Source: Hydrolagus affinis | Taxonomy: Eukaryota | NCBI GenBank assembly: GCA_012026655.1 | Contig: JAAILG010001629.1 | Location: 1 to 63,988, forward strand | Length of the DNA: 63,988 nt | Reading direction: 5' to 3' | Shown: positions 14,620 through 24,909 of the stretch, one piece after another | Position numbering within the stretch: position 1 is the first letter of the stretch | Layout: every line of letters starts with the position of its first letter | Program-made: the position numbers and the translations under genes | The notes under the pieces: generated by a model | Database searches by the model: none | What the model was told of the DNA's origin: nothing | The model's input: only the letters and a program-made list of their open reading frames with translations

Positions 14620-14685
14620 TTAGCGCCTTGGGACATCCTCCTGAAGTGAAAGGCGCTATACAAGTGTAATTTTGTCGTTGTTGTT
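14620..14685 (+). mobile_element. L2 terminal stem-loop fragment (a similar one at 13430-13486)
   Basis: agcgccttgggacatcc...gtgaaaggcgctata...(TTG)n. Confidence 0.75.
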
Positions 14686-14830
14686 TAAAAATCATCTTTC
14701 CTTTAACCTAAACGTTTAATTCTGTGATCTGTATATTTTCAAACTGATGCAAGTGGGACATTGGACAACAAAGCCTGCTTTAATAAAAGCATCCCTACTT
14801 TGCAGTAAAGCTTTCTTTCTACCCACACAG

Positions 14831-14961
14831 GAAAGCAGATCGTCAGTCTTCACAATGGATGTCGAATCACCTGCCTGGCATTCAATCCTGTGCACCAAAG
14901 CAGCTTTCTGACTGGAGGATTTAGCTCAACCATAAAAGCATGGGATACAAGAAATTGCAAG
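14831..14961 (+). CDS. WDR25: WDR25 coding exon (131 nt)
   Basis: acacag|GAAAG...AAG|gtaga; KQIVSLHNGCRITCLAFNPVHQSSFLTGGFSSTIKAWDTRNCK; phase 1 to 0 fits both neighbours. Confidence 0.95.
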
Positions 14962-15119
14962 GTAGAGGAACAGATTATGACTTGCACAATTTCATCTAAA
15001 GTAACTTGGCAACAGCCAGGTTGCCAAGTCAAAGTCATTTAATGTCACATCCACAGGTCAGGACTTCACATCCCGAGAGCTTCTTCTGCCCACATAGCTT
15101 TAAAATTTGAATCACAGCT

Positions 15120-15370
15120 GGGAGAATTGAGGTCACGAATCATTTCTCACGCTGGGGGTTGTTAAAATGTAGGAATGCTCTGCCCTAGATAACTGAACAG
15201 GTAGAATCAGTACAGTTTCATAAAGAGAAAGACAGATAACTTGGGTAGGAAAGGTATTAAGATCTATGGTAAAAAAGTTAGAGCATTATGATCAAAAGAT
15301 CTACCAAAATCAAATGAACGGTGTAACAGGCTTAATGCGATGAATAGCCTCCTCCTGTTCCCCGTTCTCT
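15120..15370 (+). mobile_element. CR1 LINE 3' fragment
   Basis: ggttgttaaaatgtaggaatgctctgcc...gaatagcctcctcctgttcc is a typical CR1 3' end. Confidence 0.7.
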
Positions 15371-15402
15371 GTAGTTAATGTTTATTAACTCTTTTATTGC
15401 AG

Positions 15403-15573
15403 GTAGTCAACGAATACAGTGCTGCAATACAGCAAACACTTGACATCCTTTTCCTTCCGGGTGGAAAGGAGTTTGTTACCAGCACAGATGTGGCCAGCAG
15501 AGACTCAGCAGACAGAACTGTTATTGCTTGGGATTTCCAGACGTCTGCAAAAATCTCCAATCAGATTTTTCAC
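15403..15573 (+). CDS. WDR25: WDR25 coding exon (171 nt)
   Basis: ttgcag|GTAGTC...CAC|gtaagg; [18 protein letters not shown]...[24 protein letters not shown]. Confidence 0.96.
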
Positions 15574-16561
15574 GTAAGGTCAACAGGGCTATTATTTCTT
15601 CGTCAAAGTCACCCTGTACAGTGGACTCCTTTGGTGTCCATTGACCCGAGCAATTTTATTTTTTATTGCACCCACACAAGATGCTGGAGTAACATAACCA
15701 GTACTGAATCTTTCCTGCCACTGCCGTTCATTCGACTAAATAATGAGAAGGAACTTGCTTGTGGTTGAATCTCTCTCCTGTGGTATAATCCATATAACAC
15801 TATTACAGTAAATTGCCAATGCAGTACTTGTGATTCTCCCTGTAGCACTGGCAATACTAACGGTCCAGTTTTCAGTCGCACGTCAATCAGTGTCAGAATA
15901 TGACCATTTCTAAATCTAAATATTTGTATGGATTGTTATGTTAGCACATAACATTACATCTATTTATTTTTTACCAGTAAAGATCTATCGTAGAAATGTC
16001 TTCCGAGAAATTCATAATCAATTTAGATTCTGACAGCGACAAAGGAACCTCAAGGTTATTTAACTGAGAAGAAAATTAACGGGGGATTTATTTTGTTATC
16101 GATGTTAATCATATGTTTCACTGGATTATAATAATAACAATCCTTGCATTTGCCTTTCGTGTTGTGAGGACGTCCCAAAACACTTCACAGGATTTTACTG
16201 TTTTTTTTTAGACAAACGGATTAGGTACAATGATTTAATAAAAATCAGGATCTTTACTTTCCCAAAGCAAAAATGTATAACTACTATATGCCAAATAACT
16301 ATACGTTTGAGGGGCAGGCAGTATTTTCCTGTGGTGTCTTAGAATAAAGGGCCAAATCGTCTTATTTCTCTCTCTATTCTAAGGAAAGGAGAATAGAAAA
16401 AGACTGGACATTATTTTTCTATTCAATTCAATTGCTGAAATACCTGGAGTCCACAGAAATTAGCAGTAATTGGCAATTTTACGTTTTTTTAAAAAAAAAG
16501 TACTGTAAAAGATTAAATAAGTGTAACATCAAAACTCCTTCTCCATCCCATTTCCTCACAG

Positions 16562-16702
16562 GAAAGATACACCATCCCGTGTATGGCTGTCCATCCAAAA
16601 GAAGCTGTTTTTGTTGCACAGACCAATGGCAGTTACATGGTGCTTTTTTCTACTCAGCGACCATACAGGATGAACAAAAGGAAACGATATGAGGGACACA
16701 AG
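16562..16702 (+). CDS. WDR25: WDR25 coding exon (141 nt)
   Basis: tcacag|GAAAGA...AAG|gtaca; [47 protein letters not shown]. Confidence 0.96.
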
Positions 16703-16715
16703 GTACATTTCCCAT

Positions 16716-17285
16716 TTAGCCCCCCCCCCCAACCTTGGAGCTCTTAACAGTGGCAGAGCCTGACTCCAAACCGGGGGTGGGGGGGCGATTGTGGACAGGT
16801 GGCCATAAGCACGGTCATGGAGGAAGGTTTTCAGGCTGTGCTTGAAAAGAGCGAGAGAGGGGAGGGCAAGGTGGAGGGATTGAGGGAGAGTGTTCCAGAG
16901 TTTGCGGGAGTAGTGGGCTGAAAGCACGACCTCTGAAGGTGGGATGGAGGGAGCGAGGGACAATCAGGAGCCCGGTGCCGGTCCAGCGGAGTCATCGGTC
17001 GGGTGGTGGTTTGGGGAGTGAGGAGGTCGGAGAGGTAGGGAGGTGCCAGGGAGTGAGTGGATTTGAATACGAGTGTGAGGATCTTGAAGTCGATCCGTTC
17101 GGTGATGGGGAGCCAGTGGAGCCTGGGACAGAACTGGTGAGATGTGGGTACAGAGTTTGGTCTGGGTCAGTACGTGGGCCGCAGAGTCCTGAATCAGCTG
17201 GATCTTTTGGATGATGGAGTTGGGGAGACCGGCGAGGAATAGGTTGGGAATAATCCAAGCGGGAGGTGACAAACACATGCAGAAA
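16716..17285 (-). mobile_element. L2 LINE ORF2 C-terminal fragment, frameshifted
   Basis: HVFVTSRLDYS, LAGLPNSIIQKIQLIQDSAAHVLT and LWNTLPQSL...FKHSLKTFL across frames. Confidence 0.9.
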
Positions 17286-18074
17286 ATCACAACATAAAGC
17301 CATATCCTACCACTCTATGACACAGCATATTCAGGCTTCTCTGTACAGACAGATAATCCTTATTTTAATTATTGATACTCTGTGGGAAAAAAGCCCAGTT
17401 GTATATCAAAGCTGTGTATCCAGCTGTGTATGAAAGCTCCAAACATCTCTTACATCCCTCCTCAGGGGGCTCCTATATCAACTAATTATCCTGTCGCTAC
17501 ATTCGATGATTCAAAACTCCAAGCTGATAATGTGATCCCAATTCTCACTCACTGTGAGATCCATTTTAATTTAAATTTTTGGGAGTCATTAATGCAGCTT
17601 CTTCAGTTCATTGCTTCAGACAAGGTCTATTATTGTGATAAACCTTAATCCTTCCCTCAAAGGTGAGATGTTGAAACACTATATATTTACAGTATTAATG
17701 ACCTATGTACTCAGTTTAGCCTTTAAAACCTAGTGTGCTGTAAAATCAAGTTTTGGGATCTCAAGCAGATCTAATCTTGATGTGTGTATTGTCGACATTG
17801 ATTGATTTCACTGCTGGTCTCCCACATCAAATATCCAACAGGTATCTATTCTGACGTGAGGTCAAATAGGGAGTAAAATCAACAGGAAACAATGTGATCT
17901 GTTTTTTTTCCCTCTGCTGTAGGTGGTGAAGGGTGAGAGAGTTCAATTTTAGTGTACGTTCATCCTTTCAACAAGACAAATGTTCAATGATTGGCATAAT
18001 ATACTGTATTAACAAATGTTCAATCCAGGCAGCACCATCCGTACTAAAGGTGTTAATAATCTTTATTAGTTCTT

Positions 18075-18250
18075 GCCAGGCTCCACTGGCTCTCTGTCGT
18101 AGAATGGATCAATTTCAAGATCCTCATTCTCATTTTCAAATCTCATGATCCCCCTGGCACCTCTATAGCTCTCAGATCTGTTCATATTCCCACTCCTCTG
18201 CTTGTCGCCTTTGCTCAGCTGGTTACGGGTCTGCTGCGCATCCTTCATAC
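18075..18250 (+). mobile_element. L2 fragment
   Basis: ccaggctccactggctc...ttcaagatcctca is the reverse complement of part of the 16716 copy. Confidence 0.7.
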
Positions 18251-18639
18251 CGTGAAAATGATGATATAATCGCGAAGCCTTGCTTGTTGGTCTCTCTAAA
18301 TCATTAGACATTACAGGTGCAATCCCACACGCTAAATCAAGTAGTCACATGGAAGAGGCATCCAGGGAAATCTACTGGTCCAAAACAGTGAGAGCGTGAA
18401 ATCAATCACAGACTTGAAGCAATGTTGGCATGCACAAAACATTTATTTCTACTGTATTTTGTTAAAGGAAAAGGATGGTTTGAACCAAAAATGTTCTCTC
18501 TGGGCAAATTGAAATTTTTACAGAATGAAGCTGAAACAAGGCAGTTTGATTTTGTTCTGTGCAAATCCCCATTTTGCATGAAAACAGCTGGTTTAGGAAG
18601 CAGTTCCAAGGGAAACTCGTTTATCCGTGTTTGATGGTT

Positions 18640-18950
18640 TGGATCATGAACCTCTGAAAACGTCACTGTCAATGATGACAGATAGTGTGACTCCAGTGGT
18701 GATGTGCTGCGGTCTTGTTTTGGCTCAGCTTTGGGATGCAGTGCCTCACCTCTGCATAGCACTCAACCAGCGTGCAAGAACTCGGACACTGCTATCTGAG
18801 GCCTCTGTGCTGGAGTGATGGACAGTTGTGGGCTTTGCTCTTTCTCGGTTCTAAATAGTTGCTCAGATGCGGCGAGGGAAAGGTCTGGCAGCATTGACAC
18901 TTACAAAATTTTGCATGTTGCCGCATTCAGATGAAATGTAAAGGTTTGCT
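18640..18950 (+). mobile_element. Degraded Deu-SINE relic
   Basis: actccagtggtgatgtgctg...ttgcatgttgccgcattcagatgaaatgtaaa. Confidence 0.4.
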
Positions 18951-19049
18951 ATCCTTTTTAATATTGATGTCACCCCCTCAGCGATGTCATCCGCAGGCGT
19001 GTGGTTAAATTCCACAAGTCCCCTCCCTGCCACCCCATCATTAGTGATC

Positions 19050-19308
19050 AGGTTTCTACCCCCACCATCTGGAACTCAATCCCAGAGCCCCCTCCACTGC
19101 ATCTGACCATCTCCTTTATCTTTTAAAGCCGTCTCAAGATCTTCCTCTTTGAATGTGCCTTTAATATTTTCCTCCTCCTCCCCACAGCCACCCCTACCCT
19201 CCAACTTTCTTGATTCCAATCCCCCAACTCAGGTGTAAACCCTTAACTGTCCCAACGTTCTTCAGACCAGAAAGGTGCTCTACAAATGTAATTTGTTGTT
19301 GTTGCTGT
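19050..19308 (+). mobile_element. L2 3' end
   Basis: tctggaactcaatccc...tttaaagccgtctcaagatcttcctcttt...aaggtgctctacaaatgtaatttgttgttgttg. Confidence 0.8.
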
Positions 19309-19398
19309 TATCCATCACAGCACTATATGAAGAAATCTGTATTTTATTCCTTGAATGATCACCACCAAGCATTCATGAACTTTCTCCCTATGTTACAG

Positions 19399-19620
19399 GT
19401 GGAAGGCTATGCAGTGGGCTGCGAATTTTCACCCGATGGGACCCTAATTGCTACTGGAAGTGCTGACGGGACAGTTTACTTTTACAACTACCTGAATTCA
19501 AAACTCATCCGTACTTTGCCTGCTCACCGAGAGGCCTGTGTTGACGTTTCCTTTCACCCTGTACACCCTTCTATTATTGCAACTTGTGACTGGAGTGGAG
19601 AAATCAAAGTTTGGCACTGA
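19399..19620 (+). CDS. WDR25: WDR25 last coding exon
   Basis: ttacag|GTGGAA; VEGYAVGCEFSPDG...ATCDWSGEIKVWH*, the WDR25 C-terminus; TGA at 19618-19620. Confidence 0.96.
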   Translation: MEGYAVGCEFSPDGTLIATGSADGTVYFYNYLNSKLIRTLPAHREACVDVSFHPVHPSIIATCDWSGEIKVWH

Positions 19621-19789
19621 TGATAACTCCGCGTATTGCAGAAAATAATTTAAGTCGCAAGTAAATGTCACAAGTCATTATTCGGCCCCTTCATAGCGTA
19701 ATAGCTAAAAAAAAATGCGTTGTTTCAAAGTAAATGTACGTCTCTTCTGAGAAAGTGTTTGTTTGATGTTGTCCTCTTTCATAAAATTG

Positions 19790-19795
19790 AATAAA
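19790..19795 (+). terminator. Likely WDR25 polyadenylation signal
   Basis: First AATAAA after the stop codon (170 nt), followed by T-rich sequence. Confidence 0.6.
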
Positions 19796-21507
19796 TCCAA
19801 AAGAATTCAGTTGAATGAGAGAATTTATTTTTAAAGTACAGTACTGTATTTTTATATTTTTTTATTTAGTTGGTTGATATTCTGAAAGCGGCGTATGAGT
19901 GTTTGCCTTCAGCTGCAATTAGTTCTTTGATTAGGCCTCAATATCCTTCACAATATTTAGAATCTGCCGGATCTTATGCAAGGGGCTAATAATTATATTA
20001 ATTGCGAGCGTTAGTGTCAAATCAAAACACATTTCAACCACATTTCCAAATCAGGTTTGTAACTCTGTATGGGTTATGCTTTTAGGGTGATGTCGTGTCA
20101 GACGCCCATCTGACCCATGTTTTTGCATTGTGTAATATACAGTAGTTAAAAAAAATGAAGCATATATGTGGTATAATGAAGAAACTAGAATCACAAAGAT
20201 GGAAAGATAATCATCTGATACTTTAATGTGGTATACAGTGTAGTCTCTCCTTGGATTTCCTCACAATACTTGTCCGAAATCATTTGCTTTTTCATTGCCC
20301 CCTTGAACATCAATAAGTGAAGAGTGCAGTTGCATTGAGTTCCTGCTCAATAAGTGGTATTGAGTAGTGTTCAAGAGAAGGTTTCTCAGAGAATGAGAGG
20401 AAACAGCAGAACAAACATTAATCGGGTTGTTACGAAAAAGCTTGAACCAAGGGGGAAAAAAATGGCAAAGAAAAAAAAATACAGGAACAATGCAGTGCCC
20501 TGAGAGGCTACATTCAGTATGACTTGAACAAACTAGTACAACATACAAGTACGGACAGATACTATCAAGTTCACACAGCATATATTCCTGGAAGCAATTT
20601 CCTGACAATGTCTTGGATATCAATTGCAATTAATTTGCTTCCTACAGTTGAGAAGACCATGGAATTGACTTAACCTGTTGGTTAGGCAACAATCAACTCC
20701 CTTGCTTTTGCTGAAGGACTTGTGAGGTCTTTTCACGCTGTTTTGGAGCAAGTACATTTTCCGTGTGTATTTCCTTTGCTTTCTCAGATCCCCAACGTTA
20801 CAGAAACTCAAACAGAAGGCACTTCCTCCTATAATCCAGCAATAGTTCAAAGTAAATCAAAGTAACACAACTTGGTTGACTTCTATTGAATCCACCTTCA
20901 TCGTTTTGCAAGTTCCCATTACTTTCAAATTCCACAACAAACATGACTTTTGGTTCTTTTGAAATGCATCAGGATTTACGACTTAAGGATACACAAACTC
21001 AACCCAATGGAATCATTGCCTTTAAAAATCATCTTATCTGTACCTTTGCAACTGTGTTATGACTAGGGATTTGTAAAAGTCAAAATAAATAATTTTTTAA
21101 AAATAGATCTAAGTAACCACATTTATTGCACACGTAGTATTTTTTGGGGAAAAGTAAATTATCTAGATTATAGACCTACTTTGGTCCATATATATTCTGG
21201 TAAATTATATAATATCTCTTGCATTTGAGAGTACGTTATATTGAAAAAAATAAAGAGCAATCGCCTACAGTTTAGAATGACAGATTCATCACATAATTTA
21301 AGTATTGTTGGTTGCTGCGGAGTGATAGAAATCCACCAGAATTTCGTCTTGGTGTCTATATCTACAACCAAATGTTTTCTAACATTAGTTATATACTGTA
21401 GTATTATACTGAGGAGATGCACAGAAGGAGGACATTTTTACGGTGAAGTATATAATGCATGAATTTGAACATCAGGACGGGGAATAATTTATTCTCTGCA
21501 TTTGTTG

Positions 21508-22800
21508 CTAATTGAGCAGGTTTCCATATAATTGAGCCTTGGTGAGGCTGTCTTTCCTGTTTAGACCACCCAGCTTCAATAAGGATCCTTCTTTACTATT
21601 AAAATCAGTAGCACCTAAGGATAGATGATGACGCTCTAATGTTTGCACTTGGGGAAGGTATACATAATCCCCTGGACTATTTGCACCAATGTGAACATAT
21701 TTTAATGCCTTTCTGAGGTACTCTGCATTTTTCATGCAGGTTTGATTTGCGACATTTTTATTGACAATGACGTGCAGGTCCCCACCGGCATCACTTTGCC
21801 TGTGAATGGCAAATTTCTCATAACTCGAATCACTGCTGTCGTCGGTTTCCGAACTGGAGTGACAGTTATCGGCTGCAAAGCCCGATTCCGTGAACCTGGT
21901 TTGAAATGAGTCCTCCCCGTCGGGAAAGTAATCTCGATTCGAAGCAGTGAAGAAATGGTTTGCCCCGTCATCCGCTGGCTTCACTGGACAACCTCTGAAG
22001 GGCTGATCTTTATGGCTGCCGGCTGAAATTATTCCAGGAACCCTGTGTGAAATGGGGGTAGAATCCTGCATTCTCATTTGCCTCCAAAGCCCCATTGCAT
22101 CTTTTTCTGGAATCGGCGTATGTCTTGGTTCATTGTTCTGTTTTGGGACACCTCCATGGGGAGAGCTCATCCAAGAGAGTTGCAGTGGGTTACTGAAGCG
22201 GGTCGGAATAGTTTTGGAACAGTGGTGATAGGACCCATTCTGGTGAGCGTGTGTCATCTCTGCGAACTGTTGTGTTGGTCTTCCCTGATCAAAACTAGAA
22301 TGGCAGACTCCTCGATCTTGTGAGACATGAAACTTTCTGTCGTGAATATCCCTCGAACCATTGGTAGAAGTTGAGATGGCTTTGGCTTGCATGGTTCCTT
22401 TCTCCTCTGTGACCACATTGCAGCCCGGGTATGGGGTGGGAACTAATGAAGAGGTCTTATAGGAAAGATATTCACTTGAAAGACTTGCTTGCTGGCTGTC
22501 CACATCTCCACAACCATCCGTGAGGCTTTGTGTTCGGAAGAATTCAACAGCTCTCGTTTGCGCATCGAAACTTTGTTTGCTGTCTGCCTTTTGTTTTTCA
22601 GGACAGTAAAGAACTGTGTCACTGCAATATAAATCAGCCTTGTATGGAGACCTTTGGCCAAATTTGCCCACATTTACCAATTTATTATGCTTATTGCTAG
22701 CATCTCGTGTGAGTGAGGGCCCAACAGGAGAACTTGGTGGACTAGTTGGTTCAGATTCTTCCACGTGAAGACAAACTCTCTCTTGAAATTCTGTTGCCAT
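21508..22800 (-). CDS. BEGAIN: BEGAIN last coding exon (430 aa)
   Basis: Acceptor ccacag directly precedes ATG; EFQERVCLH, PYKADLYCSDTVLYCPE and C-terminal GLNRKDSLTKAQLYGNLLN match BEGAIN motifs. Confidence 0.93.
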   Translation of the reverse strand: MATEFQERVCLHVEESEPTSPPSSPVGPSLTRDASNKHNKLVNVGKFGQRSPYKADLYCSDTVLYCPEKQKADSKQSFDAQTRAVEFFRTQSLTDGCGDVDSQQASLSSEYLSYKTSSLVPTPYPGCNVVTEEKGTMQAKAISTSTNGSRDIHDRKFHVSQDRGVCHSSFDQGRPTQQFAEMTHAHQNGSYHHCSKTIPTRFSNPLQLSWMSSPHGGVPKQNNEPRHTPIPEKDAMGLWRQMRMQDSTPISHRVPGIISAGSHKDQPFRGCPVKPADDGANHFFTASNRDYFPDGEDSFQTRFTESGFAADNCHSSSETDDSSDSSYEKFAIHRQSDAGGDLHVIVNKNVANQTCMKNAEYLRKALKYVHIGANSPGDYVYLPQVQTLERHHLSLGATDFNSKEGSLLKLGGLNRKDSLTKAQLYGNLLN

Positions 22801-23950
22801 CTGTGGTTAATAGGATACAAGGTCAGACATTGCCCCAAACTGTGGTTAAACACAAATGCTGAAAACAGAACACATCACATCAATGGATCGATGGAATTTG
22901 ATGTCCATTTGACACTTGACTCATTGCAAGAGAATCAATATTTCCAGCCATTTCTGAGCAGCAAATTAATTACAATAGTCCTCTGTTTCACTGGATGGGT
23001 AGTTTGATAGTGTTTGGTGAACAACGGTTCACATATGTTTAGACTAAGTTTTATATTTTAATCTCAGAAACCTAGGTCTTTATTCATAGTACATTTTTAA
23101 AACTTTTCTCAAAGTCACATCTTAATAATGTTATTTGAACAAATTACTTCTGTTGAGCAAATTAATTCAGATTACCTCAGTGAGCAAGTACTGTGTGTGT
23201 ATAGTTATTGTAGTAAAACTAGGTTCCGTTTGACAAAGTAAAATGATAAATCTGCACACAACAAAGATCATTATTGTTAAGATAATTGTACATGTGTTTA
23301 TTACTCATCGCATTTCTTACTGAAGCATTCAACGCTTGCTTTCCATTACTGACTGTGATCTTTCTGATCTTCACTTGAACTCAGGGAACAAACAAGCGTA
23401 CTAAGGCTCACTGAAACCATATAACAATGGTGGGATTTCCAATGCTTTTCAGTTGCATTGAACCATTCCGTTAACCTATGTGTAAATTTAATGAAATGAT
23501 TTTGAGACTTCTTTGTAAAGCTTCTGTTTCGGGTTGTTACACGGATTGATTAATTAAGTAATCAGTGATTATTTCCAGTGTGGTATCTTCCAAAATGGAA
23601 CAATAGGGCAATGATTGAAATCAGTTACTGTAAGCAAAGGTGACGATTATTTAATCTCTTTACTATGTAAGAAATGGTAGTGCTCATATTGTGCATACAA
23701 TTACCTAATTAGTATCTCAAAGACATGTTAAAAAAATAATAACTGGGTGATGTACGTTAATTAAAATGAACTGCGAGTTTCTACAGAAAAGATAGAAGCT
23801 CCAAAATGTGCATCGATGCTGGGTACACACTCTAGTTTAAGATTTGCAGGCATTCATGGTAACAGTGATTTTCAGGAAAACAAACTAAATATTTACAACT
23901 TCATAAAATAAACGTGACAATAAAATGAAACTGGATGTAATTGAAGTAAC

Positions 23951-24034
23951 CTCTGAAGGCCTGTGTGTCCTGTAAGGAGGCTTGTCATACTGTAACAGTT
24001 GAGCTGCCAAATTTTGGTCTTTCCGATAAGAAAA
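23951..24034 (-). CDS. BEGAIN: BEGAIN internal exon homologue lacking a canonical acceptor
   Basis: Encodes YRKDQNLAAQLLQYDKPPYRTHRPSE (compare BEGAIN YRKDCNLAAQLLQ...KVSE); donor GAG|gttac; CA instead of AG at the expected acceptor, so the 5' boundary is inferred. Confidence 0.65.
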
Positions 24035-24311
24035 TGAATTGGAAAAGAAAATGAATTGAAGGAAGTAATTGTAACATTAGAAAGGATACCAAAAATGCTT
24101 CAGTTATGTATGTTCTGACAATTAGATTTCTGTCTGAAGTAGACCGTCAGAAGTCATTTGGTGTGTAACTATAAAAGTCTTGACATTAATTAGATTTCAC
24201 TTAATTCAGTGAAATTCCTTTTGAATCGGTCATTGAAAAACAGTATTATCTTCATCCCAACCGTTCTCTTTACTGATGTACATTATATTCACTGTAGGTT
24301 TGTATGTTGTA

Positions 24312-24420
24312 CAGGTAAACCTCTATTTAGGATGGGGTTGCATTCCTGAAAAACTATTCTCAGATCGAAACGTCCTAAATCGAAACGCGATTTCCCTTGC
24401 AGTCCCATTATGTAACCTGA
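24312..24420 (+). mobile_element. Tigger/pogo-like DNA transposon terminal fragment
   Basis: TA|CAGGTAAACCTCTATTTAGGATGGGGTTGCATTCCTGAAAAAC with repeated ATCGAAAC resembles Tigger termini; second TIR not seen. Confidence 0.55.
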
Positions 24421-24801
24421 GATGTGTTCTTTTCACAAAATTTTCGGACCTTAAACCCACTAAATAACACAAAAAACACACAAAATAACACATATAGGCA
24501 AGAAGGAGTACTTGGGGTAATTGTACGGTATTGTACTTTAATACTGGCAAACTTTAATACAGTCCTATGTTTTGATAATCTGCTTGCATCTGTAGCTGTA
24601 ACACAGATATCAGACATTCAGAAATTCTCTTGAGTCTGATGGTGAAGGATGTGAGAGTTACATGTGTGGCTACAGAAGTCCACCATGAGACTATTAATGC
24701 TGGATCAATGTGGGAGACAAGTTTACTAGATTGTTTTGTTTCAGTAACTATCAGATTTTTTTTAAGACCACAGCATTGCGTTTTAAGAAATTGATACTTA
24801 C

Positions 24802-24909
24802 GTTTTGTTCTGTTAGTTTATGAATAGTTATCTTAGCTTCCATTAGATGGTTATTCAGAGTGGCCACCTCATGTTCAAGATTCCTCATTTTGTCTTCATG
24901 TAGTTGTAC
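24802..24909 (-). CDS. BEGAIN: BEGAIN coiled-coil exon (108 nt)
   Basis: acacag|GTACAA...AAC|gtaagt; VQLHEDKMRNLEHEVATLNNHLMEAKITIHKLTEQN. Confidence 0.93.

Noticed and set aside
16556-17303. Overlapping ORFs as a nested gene
   Set aside because: Frameshifted L2 ORF2 remnant and its antisense.
24035-24097. Upstream AG as replacement BEGAIN acceptor
   Set aside because: In frame, but includes a TAA at the seventh codon.
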